From Epithemia pelagica (taxonomy: Eukaryota; Protista; Bacillariophyta): 64,000 nt of DNA. The stretch is from positions 248,001 to 312,000 of the forward strand of contig OX337237.1 of the NCBI GenBank assembly GCA_946965045.2. Direction: 5' to 3'. The position numbers and the translations under genes were made by a program. Of this stretch, positions 1 through 12,100 are shown one piece after another. How positions within the stretch are numbered: the stretch's first letter is position 1; every line of letters starts with the position of its first letter. Below the pieces are notes generated by a model. It made no database searches. It worked only from the letters and a program-made list of their open reading frames with translations, and was not told where the DNA came from.

Positions 1-26
1 ATGGCTGTCTCGATACAATCGAACGA

Positions 27-842
27 ATGGACATTGCCGATCTTGTCCGGAAACAAGACCAGTTCGAATTGAACTCCTCCAAGCAAGGCGCTTCTCCTAC
101 AAGTACTGATACACCATTCTGGAGAACCTTACCGTGTAATTTATCGGTTCCGCGAGCCGGATGTGCGGCGGCGACCGTCCGAGATCGATACATTGTAATT
201 TTCGGAGGACGGGGTAGGAACCGTATCTGGGTTTCCGCGGTGGACATTTTGGATGCTCGAGACGCCAACAATCACTGGATTGTATCGTTACATGCTCCTC
301 CACACCATGTGCCGCGATTCCTGGCCAGTGCGGTGGCGGTAGGAAGCAAGGTGTACCTGATTGGTGGACAAACGCAAGAGAACCAAGAACTAAACTCGGT
401 AGAATGCATCGAATGGAATATGGAAGGAAGCACGGATACGGACCATCCGAAAGAAGGATCCGAACTGCCGCATTTTCGGATCAATCCTCAAGTTGTATCT
501 TGGAAGCAACAACCCAAATTAAGGCTCTCGACGGCGTGTTTTCGTCATGCGGCGGTACTGTTGGTGAATGGTTCCCAACACCGCATTGTTGTGGCTGGTG
601 GGAGAGGGAAACTGGGATCGCGTCCTGTCTCCATGACAACCGTACAAGGTTTGGATCTGAATCATGGCACCGTGTCTACGAACCTCCCCGATCTGCAGGG
701 CCGACGATCGGGCGGATTTCTCGTGGCCCTCCCGGATCATAGTCGGTTGGTGGCTGTGAGTGGCAGGGAAGAGGATGATTCCTTGGAAACCCTGACGTTG
801 GACAAGTTTTGGAATCGCCCGAGCCCTGGAAGTTCCAGCTAG
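27..842 (+). CDS. Kelch-repeat protein
   Basis: 271-aa ORF with Kelch-type blades: RAGCAAATV..IVIFGG, RFLASAVAVGSKVYLIGG, RHAAV..IVVAGG. The true 5' and 3' ends are uncertain. Confidence 0.7.
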   Translation: MDIADLVRKQDQFELNSSKQGASPTSTDTPFWRTLPCNLSVPRAGCAAATVRDRYIVIFGGRGRNRIWVSAVDILDARDANNHWIVSLHAPPHHVPRFLASAVAVGSKVYLIGGQTQENQELNSVECIEWNMEGSTDTDHPKEGSELPHFRINPQVVSWKQQPKLRLSTACFRHAAVLLVNGSQHRIVVAGGRGKLGSRPVSMTTVQGLDLNHGTVSTNLPDLQGRRSGGFLVALPDHSRLVAVSGREEDDSLETLTLDKFWNRPSPGSSS

Positions 843-1243
843 AGTCGTATTGGATGTCAAAGAATGCCTATCAACAATGCGAAAAGTCTTCCAGGATTTT
901 GGTCCTCTGCTGCGAGAGCTCCCCCACGAAACGTCGTCTTCAAGAAGAACACCCAGAAGACGTTGCCGACTAGACTGCCAAAATACTTACGGCATTTGAA
1001 ACCGTCCTTCTGGTGAGGCGTGCTGCGGTTTATCCTTCCTCATGACGTGGAGAAGCGGACAAGAAGATATTTTGCTCTATAATGCGACATTTGTCAAGAA
1101 TTCTGTGCCACGAGTTTTTGGTTGTTGTCTCAAACCGTGAAGTTTCTTGGATCAGGCGTTTGCTCCATGGTATCCCCGATTTCCTTGATGTGCCCCTAAT
1201 AACGATAGTCTTTTTATTTTGAATATTTATCATCTTGCGCCAT

Positions 1244-4200
1244 CTAAATTGGCTCGTCGTCGAGGCTTTCCTCCACAAAGACAATTTCGGCTTGATCATC
1301 ACCAGCGTGAGGAGAGGTGAGATCATTTGTTTGGTTGATCAGAAAATTCTGTCCGTTGTCTTCGGCCTCACCAGAGGTGACGACCGGCAAGGGCAAGGAA
1401 TTCAGTTCTTGCATTCCTGCTATATGATAGCGTCTATTCTCGTCCCACGACAATGATCCTTCGGCTAGATCAATAGTTTCTTTAGATCGGCTGGTTGTTG
1501 GTGGTTGTATGGATTCCTCTTGATATACAGCCTCTGCTTCACTGTTTTCGATCTCATTCTTGTGAAATGAATCGTTGGACTGTTGAACATCGTTTCTCTC
1601 AGCATTGACAGCCATCATGGGAATAACAGCCAGAGCATCAGACAAAGGCGCGGATTCCACATGCTTCATAGCCTGTGGCTCACGGGGGTCATGCTCCTCG
1701 TTTGAAACTGAAGCGCTGGCTTCAAAGCTGACAGCGTAGGAATCGGTGGACCGAGGAGCCTCGTTGCTCTCATTGACACACACCGCACCATCGGGATCCA
1801 CGCCTTCCGATGTACCGAGCATTTGCTGTATGGCCTGCGTCTCACAGTGTCCATTCTCATCGTCCGATGACAAGGTGTTGGCTGTACAGGCAGCCCTCTG
1901 AGTAGAACCTTCAAAATCGCAGGACTCTTTGACATCGCTTCTCTCATCTTTGAGAGTATCCTTGAGATCCACAGTTTCCGATGCAACGGATAAAGACAGG
2001 AATTTCTGCTTCTTCACGTCTTCTGGTTCACAATGATTATTTTCATAGTATGATGACGATATAAGGGATGGAGCAATAAGAATACCAGGGTCATCGTTGG
2101 ACTGGTGTTCACCGTTCTGTTTTCCCTTCATGATATCCTCAAAATCCAAGGTTTCAGGCATGACATGAGAAGACAAGGATTCCTCTTTCTGCCCATCATC
2201 GGTGTGACTCTTGTCATTCTCATTGTTGGAGGACGTGTCTCCGGTGTGATCGCTGACACCATCGGTCTGTGTGGCATGTTTCTCATTCGCGATTTCATCA
2301 CTGGGACCGACCGTCGCCAGCAAGGCGGGCATGAGAATCAATCCATGAGCAATGCCCAAGACAACCAGGCCGAGAAAGGCTATAAAGAGTGTATAAAATA
2401 TAGAGCTGGTGGATAACGCCAGGGGCATAATGCCCAAAAATGTCGAGATTCCACCGGCAAGAACAGATGATCCCATTGTTCGAAGCATTTCGACTGTCTT
2501 CTCTTTTCGATTACCCTTGCATTCGTAATAGCGAAGAAGCACATGCATGATATAGTCGACATACAGTCCGATCGCCATCACAATAGCTATATAAGTGACG
2601 GCGTTGATATTCACATTGGCCCATTGCAGTACGCCCAAGAGGTCCACATAGAGAAGGCATATCACAGACAAGACAAAGCACCCGGCAGTCCAATGTGGTA
2701 TGAACATAATCGCCAGAGCTGACACCGATGTTACACCAATGATACTGGTCAGAACAAGTTCCTGTCTTGTTCGGTAGAAGAATTCACCAAGGTAAAAATG
2801 CTCTTCGTAGTTGAAGAACTTCCAATCCTTGACACCACGATTGATAGGTTGACGAGCCGTTATATCGCGCTGATCCAGAACCAGCCCGATTTGCTCTTGA
2901 ACATCATTCAAATCAAAATTGTCGTAGACCAGTTCCACTCGTGATGTCGTGACATTTCCTTCTCTATCACGGACAATATGATACTTATAGAGGTAGTTGT
3001 AAATGGGATTCGACAAGAACAGATCCAACTGCTCATTAAACGGCAACTTGGTCACATTTTCGGGGCTCAGTTTGACAAACAGTTTAAAGTCGCGAAGCCA
3101 GTTGAACTTGGGTCGGCTTCCCACATACTCCATCTCGACCAGATCATTCACGTAGTTTTGCATTTCATTTTGAATCGTTTCATTGGATTGGTCCACATCC
3201 CGAAAATACACATAGGCTTTGATGATATTGTTTTGTGCATAGGCATCATACGCGTTGAACCATGCCGTGGCGTAGGAATCATGCGGAAGAATCTCGGTGA
3301 TCTCAAAGTGCTGAACGAGTTTGGATGCACTTATAGCGCCCGCAACCACCAAAGCCACAAAGGCAACAATGACTCCGGTCCGTACGGCCGGTTTCAATAA
3401 AATCTTTGCGTAGCGAATCATGAGTCGATCGAATGGACCACGATTCCCCTTGAGTTCATGTTGTTCTTGTAATGCCGTGTTGTCGCCAATGACCACCATG
3501 CTGCCATGAGAAGTAACAGGTTCGGTGTAATTATTAAGCTCCCTGGCTCGTACACGATGGTCATGTAATACAATACAGGCAACAAAGAATGTGATCTGGT
3601 AGAGATAGACAAAGATTACACTCGGAAAGGAATAGAGGCACAGCCAATAGACGGCCGGTATGCTGGAGATGGCCCCCAACCCAAATGCCAAAGATGAAGT
3701 TAACGATGTCAAAGTGATGGAGATTCCCACATCGTCAATCACTTTGGCAATACGCGTCTCGATGGATTCCTTGGAATCTGTGCGGCAATATGATCCAAAA
3801 ATGATAATGGCATCATCCAGACCAATCCCAAAAATGACAAAGGTCACAAGCTGAGTGACGGATGTGAATGGTACTCCAATGCAAAACAAGAGTCCGTATC
3901 CCGAAAAGAGACTCAAGAGGACCGCCACAACGCCACCAAAGCCCACCATGCATCTCCATTGAAACTTGTCTTGTCCAAAACACATTATGGTGGATGTGAA
4001 AATGGTCATGACTACAAACACGAGTGGAACCAGTGGAATGTCCTCCACAATGCCGCGTTCAAACCTGAAAGTGTTGGAAGCAGCAATCAACGTTTTTGTC
4101 ATAAAGTGAGACACGAAGGTCACACAGAGAATTTCCTCAAGCTCTAGAAGGATCCACGAATGCGATTGCTTACTTACTCGTCGGCAAAGGAACCATCGGC

Positions 4201-5139
4201 CCAAATTTCCAGACGAAGCGAGTTGTCCGGATCTTGTTCCCATTCCTTTTGCATACTCAAAATTACCTCAAGAGCTTCGTCTTCAAAGGATTCTGCCAAC
4301 TTGGTATCAGGAAACCCAATGACGACCAGGTACCCTTGACAGAAGGTCAATAGATTCAATGCTGTGAAACCATTGTTGGTTCGTTCGGTATTGCCAAACA
4401 CGAAATCATACGACACGGGAATGCCATCGGGGAAACTGGGTGCCGACATGGCTTTAATCACTTCTTCATCGGTGGAAACTTGTTGTTGCAGGGTGGTGTA
4501 ATTCGAGTTCCAAAACTGCACAATCCCGGAAATGGGACAGGTTGTTTCATTGGTGGTCAGATCTACATGGAGACTGTCGGCACACATATCCTGGTACCGG
4601 TCAAGGTCACGTACGGCATCTACCGCCTCAAAGACCTTGTGAACCTGCTGCAGTCCCAACACGTCTTGACCATCACTGTGAAAAAACATGGCAAATGGCA
4701 AATAATCCTTGGGAAAATTGGAATGGTGTTCAATCCAATGACCATTTTTGCGGGGCAAGGAATCAAAGGGTGTCCACAAATCTTCTTCCTCCACCACGAG
4801 GTGAAAATTGGTGGCCAAACCCACACCAAAGAGAAGGAGGGACACGGATACAACCGCCACCAAGGTGGACCTTGGGTGATGAACGACAGCTTTGGCCAGT
4901 GGGTGAAGCGCCCGCAAAATGGGACCATGAATGTGGTCTCGAATGGTTTGACTCCACGCTTGACTCCATTGTTTCTTGTTGTTGTTGTTGTTGTTGTTGT
5001 TGCGTTTGCGGATTTCCTGGTCCTTGTTCGGTCCATTGTTTTCGAAGCCTGTTTGACTCGGTTCGTCCTTTAATACATCTTGGCTCATGACAGAAGAGGA
5101 GGCTCCCATCCTGCTGCCACCATTCACGATTCGTTCCAA
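1244..5139 (-). CDS. Patched/NPC1-like sterol-sensing-domain (RND) membrane protein, 2 exons (5139-4178, 4064-1244)
   Basis: SSD motif FVIFGIGLDDAIII, second-half motifs IGLYVDYIMHV and GSSVLAGGISTFLGIMPLA, and many TM helices. The GTAAGT...TTTCAG intron at 4177-4065 joins SFADE to FERGIVEDIPLVP in frame. Long acidic C-terminal tail. Confidence 0.88.
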
Positions 5140-6139
5140 TGGTTCATCGTTATTGCTCGGTGTATCTTTATGGAACAGGAAGGAGAATCGTAAGAAAGAT
5201 TGGTTAGATATAGTACGATTTCACTAATTATCCGCAACCCGCTTCGTACCTTGTTGCATACAGCCATCCGGAGAGTCCTCCATTGTTCCAACGATCGATC
5301 CAGTCAACAACACTGGGATGGAATCGTCGTTGTCAATGCCTTTTCTCACAACTAATCTCTGTATCCTAAAAGGTCTCTACCCATGAATGAAAAGGAAGGA
5401 ATGAGACTGCAAGTGTCTCGTCGTGTCGGGCAGGTTTCCTTCTACACAAGAAGCAATGATACGGGTCTTGAAGTGCCCCGATTTTGTTGTCTGTTGGCGA
5501 TGCCAAGAATAAATTTAAGTGCGGCATCATGCGTTTGCGCACCTTCAGACGCCCGCCCGGCTCTATTCAACGGTTATCAAAGACGGCGAGGCTCTCGCTG
5601 AATGTCGCACAGTCGCACATAACAACACGAATATACATCCGGAAGAAATTTATTCCCGTATATGGGTCGCACCTGAGTTCCCGAATATGACGTCATATAT
5701 CCGGGTGGTCTGTTGTCAGTCGCGCATTTTTCACGACGAATGCAACAACACGACGCACTGTGAATATAGTTGGTCTGGGCCACTTGTTGATGAAAAGGTG
5801 CTCAGAGTGTGTGGATTCAGAGACTCCATGCACCCGACGAGAGCACTCCACTGTTTCGACTCTTTCGCAAAGCAGACGTACCCTCTCTGCCGCGACTATC
5901 TATACCTAGGACACTAAAGGAGAGAAAGCGAACCGATGGGGATAGCTTTATGTACTCTAGATGATGGATGCGGAAGATAGCGATAAGTAATATGGAGTGG
6001 TACTGGCTCAGTTGAGATGGAAAATGATGCTAAATGACAGACAACCACCCATCATTCCACCTGTATGGTTTATAGTTTAACTGCAACGGCAAGAGTACGT
6101 CAAGTGTGGTAAAGATCCAGACCACCCTTAACCCTGAGA

Positions 6140-9100
6140 TCATGTTCGGTGCACGGATGTATTCGTGAATAATCCGTCCAATCCATCTTGTTCTGTACTG
6201 GTATTGCGTTTTTGGCTCCGGTCTGGGTTTCTCTCTCCGTCTGTAGTAGTAGCAGCATTGCTGCCGACTGGATCACTACTGGTAGAGGATAGCAAGGAAC
6301 AACAGAGAGAAGCTATCAAGGGATCACGGTAGAGAAACTGGACGGAGGACTGCTGCATGGAAAACTTTCGACAAAATGTCTTGTAGCTCCGCTCGGCGGC
6401 GACAGACGACACCACGACAGAATCTTCAGAGGCAAGCAGCACACTAGAACTCTTCAAGGGAATACCCCACTCATGGTTGAGGTTGGCTTTGTCGTCATCA
6501 TGGTGCTGTGGTTCGGTGTGACCCTCTTGCTCGTGGCTTGTTGAGGCGGTCGCAAGGCAGAGGGAAACGCAAATCTCATCATGCCGTAGCTGATTTGATG
6601 GCAAGAGAACGGAAGGACCGAATGTTTGCAAAGAACTTTTTTGAGTTGAGACACCACCGTTCGGGTGTGCTGGAGAGGAAATGATATCTTGTTTCTCTCT
6701 AGCGGGCGTCGAGTGAGGGGCGTTTCTCCCAATGAGATCGTCTTCATGACGACTTTTGGAGGAGCTGGGAGGTCCAAAGATAAACTTTGGACCCACGGCA
6801 AATGGATTGTATTGCTTGGAAAGACCAGATCCGCCATTTACGAGCGGCGACATGGATTTGCCAAAGGGGTTTCTTGTTTCTTGCTGTTTTGAAAATGGTC
6901 CACTTTGGTCAGATGACGGACCTACCTTCGAAAAACCAGGTTGGAGATCTCCTGTAGGTGCGGTGACAGAGGAATGATGGATCGGCGCAGAAACAGCAAA
7001 AGCTGGTCCATTCTGCAAGACCATGCTTTGACTCGACGTAGAACCATCGCCGACCAACGTCGATTCCGGTGGTTGTGATCCAAATACAAAGCTCGGTCCC
7101 GAAGCAAACGGGTTGTATCCCGTAAAACCTCCTAGTCTCGATCTTGTCACTCCAAAGGGATTGACCGGTTTTGCTTCAAACGTCGACGATGAAGTGCTTG
7201 CGTCCTTGCTCGTTTGCCCAAACACAAATGCGGGTGTTGAGCCAAACACCATTGCGGGCGTGGAGTCGCTTAACTGGGCCGATGGTCTTAACTCACCATT
7301 GGACACGGAAGGCTTTGAAGGCTCATTTTGGTTCGGATCACTTAAGCAATCGTGATGATCTGACGGATGACCGTTAACAACCGCTATCACCTTTCCGTTG
7401 TCATCCCCATTTTCGTCTGATGTTTTGCCACTGCTAGGTTGTTCCAGAGCTTCTAAGGAACCAACTTCCGTCTTTTGATACACCAACGGCTGATCAATCA
7501 GAGGCTCCATCTTCTTTTCACTGCAATTCGCATTCTCATCTGACCTTGTGTCTATGCAGGGTTCGTTTGGAATATCTGCTGAGCAGCCAGATATGGCCAA
7601 AGTGCTCGAGAACGACGATTCCAGAGGGTCAATTTGTAGAATCAGATGTGCATCGCATGATGTTGAATCAGTCTCACCAAAGCTTTGAGCACGGGTTGTT
7701 GGAATCTTCTTCACAGAGGAATGTAATTTGATACCACCGCTGAATAAAGGATGTGGTAATGACTTTCGTGGAAGATGCTGTGAATCAAGATCAAACTTTC
7801 GAACAAGAGCAGACCAACATATTGGGTCAACAGAGAGAATTTCAGGAAACATATGCACATCGTGTAGCTCAGAGCTATCGTCGAATTCATCAGGCTCCTC
7901 CCTTGAACCAATCTCGTTTCGTCGTAGTGTTTCTGAACCAGCTGAATTCTCTTTTTTCTCCAGAGGAAAGTTTGTTTCTGATGGTGCAGGACCGTGGCTA
8001 TGTTTTGTTTCTACAATGATAGCCTCGTCCTGAGAACAGTCTTCTTTTCCATCAATACGACTGAGTCCGTTGTGCTCGCGATCACTAGGCGGTTCAAACG
8101 AAGAGTCGCGCTGGGCTCCAAATACATACTTCGGACCAGATGAAAACGGATTGTACCCTAGGACGTGTCCTTGTACTGACGATCGTGTTTTTCCGAAAGG
8201 ATTGTGCTCCTTCTTTCCAAACGAAGGGCCCAGTGAATGCGAACCAGCCTCGATGGTTTGTTTGAATACAGAAGTCGACGGTTGTCCGAATGTTGCCGGT
8301 GACGCATTCGTAGTTTCGAACGAGGGCAATGCAGCACGATCTGAGCTCGCTCCGAAAACAGGAAGTCCAGTGCCATTAGATGTCGATGCCGAGCTTTGTC
8401 CGAATACAAAGGCGGGTTTTGTTCCAAAAACGAACACAGGTTTTGAGCTCTCTTTTGGATCCTCAACGCTGATATTGGCATTGTCGTCAGAAGGCCCGAC
8501 TGCGCTATTGTCACTGGATGTCGATGTCGAGCTTTGTCCGAACAGAAAGACTGGTTTTGTTCCAGGTTTTGAGGTCTCTTTTGGGTCCTCAACAAGGACG
8601 TTGGTACTGCTACCAGAAGCACTCAAGTACGAAGGTCCATCATGTTGAGTTATATCGCTCCGGTCTTCTTCCTCGGTCATTAGTCCTCTTCCACTCGTAC
8701 TCAAACCAGTTGGTGATTCATTCGAGCTAATCGACTTTTCTTCCAAGGGCTTGGTCTCGACTGCAGGCGCGAATGACTCTGTTGCTGGGGAACATTGGAC
8801 TTTCGTCACAACAACGGAAGTGTTTTCTGGTGAGCGATGAATAGAAGTAGAGTCTGATTGTTGTTCTGCGATCATTGCGATACTTTCATCGATAACTTGG
8901 GGATTGCTCAGTTTATCGGATGTATTTTCATGGTCTATCGTAGCTTCTTCGCCATCATCTGGATTGTCCGTCGCAATTCCACTACATGGAGGTGAAGCGT
9001 CAAGACGCACCTTCGCAGACAAGCATACGACTTCGCTGTTGTTCGACGGCGTCTCCTCTCCTTGAACCGTGGGACTTCTGCGTGCGCGTGCGTCATACGA

Positions 9101-12100
9101 TGAAATGATGACTTGCTCTTGCTCTTCAATGCCATCTTCCGTTGATGCAGCTTCGAACCACTCCTCGTCATCTGGCAATTCCTTTGAAGTCCATGAAGTT
9201 GGTCCCATGGAAAAGGGTTCTGGATGATCCGAAAACGTTGAAACAGCGTCAAACCATTCGTCTTTGTCGTCCGTCAGACCTTCCGATATGGATTCTTGCT
9301 GTATACTCTGAGAAGAGAAACGCGAGGACGATGATATCGCGGTCTTGTCAAGAAGAATAGCATCGCTTAATGGCTCCGTTGGTGAGACAGGCAGGTCCAT
9401 ATTGTCCGATACCGAATCATATTTGGAATCAATGACAGATTCCACTCCCACCCCCGAAATCGGTGTGATGGTTGCTTTGTTGTGGGGAGTCGAGCTGCTA
9501 TCGTCATCCACTAATTCAGCACGTGAATTATCTTCCAGTCTTCTGTCCTCATCAGACGCATGGTGCGTGGTGCCAATCGCCAGGGCTGATTCCATAGAAG
9601 TTGTTTCGACTGGATCCAAGGGCGAGTCTTTAACAAGATGAGGCTCCTCTGTATCAGAAAGTCCAGGGACTGAGACGGAAGTGGAGGATTTGGTGACATT
9701 CATGTCAGATTGAAGTGATATTGCGGCACGGCTAGATTGCATGTCCGATTCTTCGATGGTTGCATTCGCCTCTTTAGCGGCAGCTATAGAAAGGCGATGT
9801 TGAGTAGTTATCGCTTTAGACTGACCTACTGGGGCGAGACGAGACGCCTCATCCGAATTTGAGTCATCGTTGGTGCGTTCAATCATGGAAATGGTATCGG
9901 ATAGGGTCTCCGATTGAGAGGCAATATCTGGAGTAGGACAATCATGAACTGTTTCACGTGCTACTTCCGCTGGGAATGATGGGCAATCTTGGTTTCGGGA
10001 TTTCAACTCCTCGTGAGGTGAAGCTGGACGTTCCTTACCGTCAAGGACAGATTCCTCAGGATTTCCGCCTGCTCGTGTTTCCACACCAATGTTCTGGGTC
10101 GGTGCGCATTCTTTATGCTCATCTAGCGATGGGTTCAGGGCGGAAAATTGGTTCTCATCTCGTCGAGTGCCTACAACGACACTTTGATGCAACAAAGAGG
10201 ACCCATTGGCAATTGGGGATAACGGTTGATCGGGGACCAATGTACCTTCAGATTCTGTACCCAATTCAGTCGCTCTTTTGTGCACGATCATCTCCTGAGT
10301 TTCTCCGCTCTTTGATCGACCTACAATTTTCTCTTCTTCACGAGATGTTGGAGGCTCCGCCATCGTCGAACCCGTAGCAACCGTGTCGTCTATTGTCCCC
10401 GCTTGGGCAAGCATCTCATCGGTGTGATGTGTCACGGAAACTGAGTCGGTTTCTTCGGTAGGTTTAGCTGTTGATATCATCTCAGCTCGTACCGTTTCCG
10501 TCAGGTTTGTCACCGGTAATTTCTCCTCCTCCTCGCCCTCAATGTCATAGGGTGCAGTGTCCTGATAAACATGAACTGGGCTGGAGCGTATTGTAGGTAT
10601 CATTTCATTAGTTTGTATAGACTCAGAGGGGTTAGTAGCTGGGAGCTCATTGGTCTTCTCTTCGTCTTGGGTTTCTTTGGAATCGGATTCATCTTTTGTC
10701 ACGGCAGTTGATTCGGTGTTTTCGGCGGAGATCGTTGTTGATGACGTTTCTTCTCTCACGGCGGCCGATTCCGGGTTGTTGGTAGAGCTCGTGGTTGATG
10801 GGATCTCGTCTTCTGCCACTGGAAATGATTCCTTGGTCTTGCCGTCATCGCAGGCTTGGGAAAGGGTCTCTCCTGGAGTTACGGGGATGGATATGGTGTG
10901 TCCGGTAGTGCTCGTCATTGATGATATGTCTGCTCGCGCCGTCTCGGCGGAGTTTGGCACTGGGAATTCCTTGGCCTCCGTGTCAGTCCCGACTTTCGAC
11001 TCGGTCTCCTGCCTCACAGGAACCGATTGAGCTTCGTTGGTATTTTTTGCTGACGACAACATCTCCCCTTGCAATTCTTTGGCTTCCTTGTCTGCGTAAT
11101 CGTTGGATCTTGTCTCGTCCTGTTGTACGAGAAGTGATGACTTCATCGAAGTAGACGCCTTTTCAGCAGGAATCGGTATTTGAGATTCAATCCTCTCGCT
11201 GCTTGCTTCTTTGTTGGACTCGTTTTGTATAGCGTTCCTTGTTTCTGTCGTCTCCACTCCAGAAGCTGCGGGGACGAGAGTCGACTCCGTACTCATGCGT
11301 TTTGAGCTAGTTGAGGATGTGGTATTACTGGTGCTGGCTTCGTTGTCCGTAATGGCGGCGTGTATCGAAACGGCTTTGTCCTCGTTTCTCTCGTGTACCA
11401 ACGTAGGGTGGATGTTACTGCTGCCCTGCGCGGTCGATTGCTTCTCGGCCAAACAGTCTGTCTTACTTGCGTTGTCCGCTTCGCGTGTGATTGGAAGGGC
11501 GGTCGGATCGTGCGTTAACGTCGTCGAATTGTTCTGATTTGGAAACTCTGCACTTTCTTCCATTTTCAGTGTTTTTGCATCGGGGATGGCTCCAACAACC
11601 ACTCCATTCGACGAATCTGGATTCGCAATTGTGTTCTCCAAGCAGGAAGGTGTATCAGTCGACCGCTTGTGGGCGTTTCTGGTCTCTATTCTCTCTCCAC
11701 TTTGATGCGCTGTTGTCGCACCAAAAGCGTTTGCTGTCCAACTCGACGGCTTGTTGTCGGCGTTTGTGGGCTCCTTCGACTCTCCACTTGGAAGCGCTGT
11801 CGTCTTACCGAAATGGTTTGTCATGTCACTGCTGCTGGAGGGTACGGAACTCCATGGTTCTGAACTGGGTGACTTCTCGTGTTGTATCAACGGCACTGCC
11901 GGAGGAGTAGGGACTGTGGCATTAGGGACTGTGGCCTTTGGATTGGCATCCCATTGACTGGCGCGGAGTTCCGTACCGTCGTCGAGACATTGTCCACAAT
12001 CGACAATGCGCAGTCGCGTCGACAAGGCGGGCTCCAACGGTCGTTGCGTCTTTGGATCGACGGGAACTGTCTGTTCCACGTCATGGACCCATTCCATGCC

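Noticed and set aside
840-1030. C-terminal extension of the Kelch gene by frameshift or readthrough
   Set aside because: Alternative frames stay open for a short distance, but none gives a recognisable continuation.
5383-5917. ORFs between the Patched gene and the giant gene
   Set aside because: Short overlapping frames with no recognisable motif or splice support.
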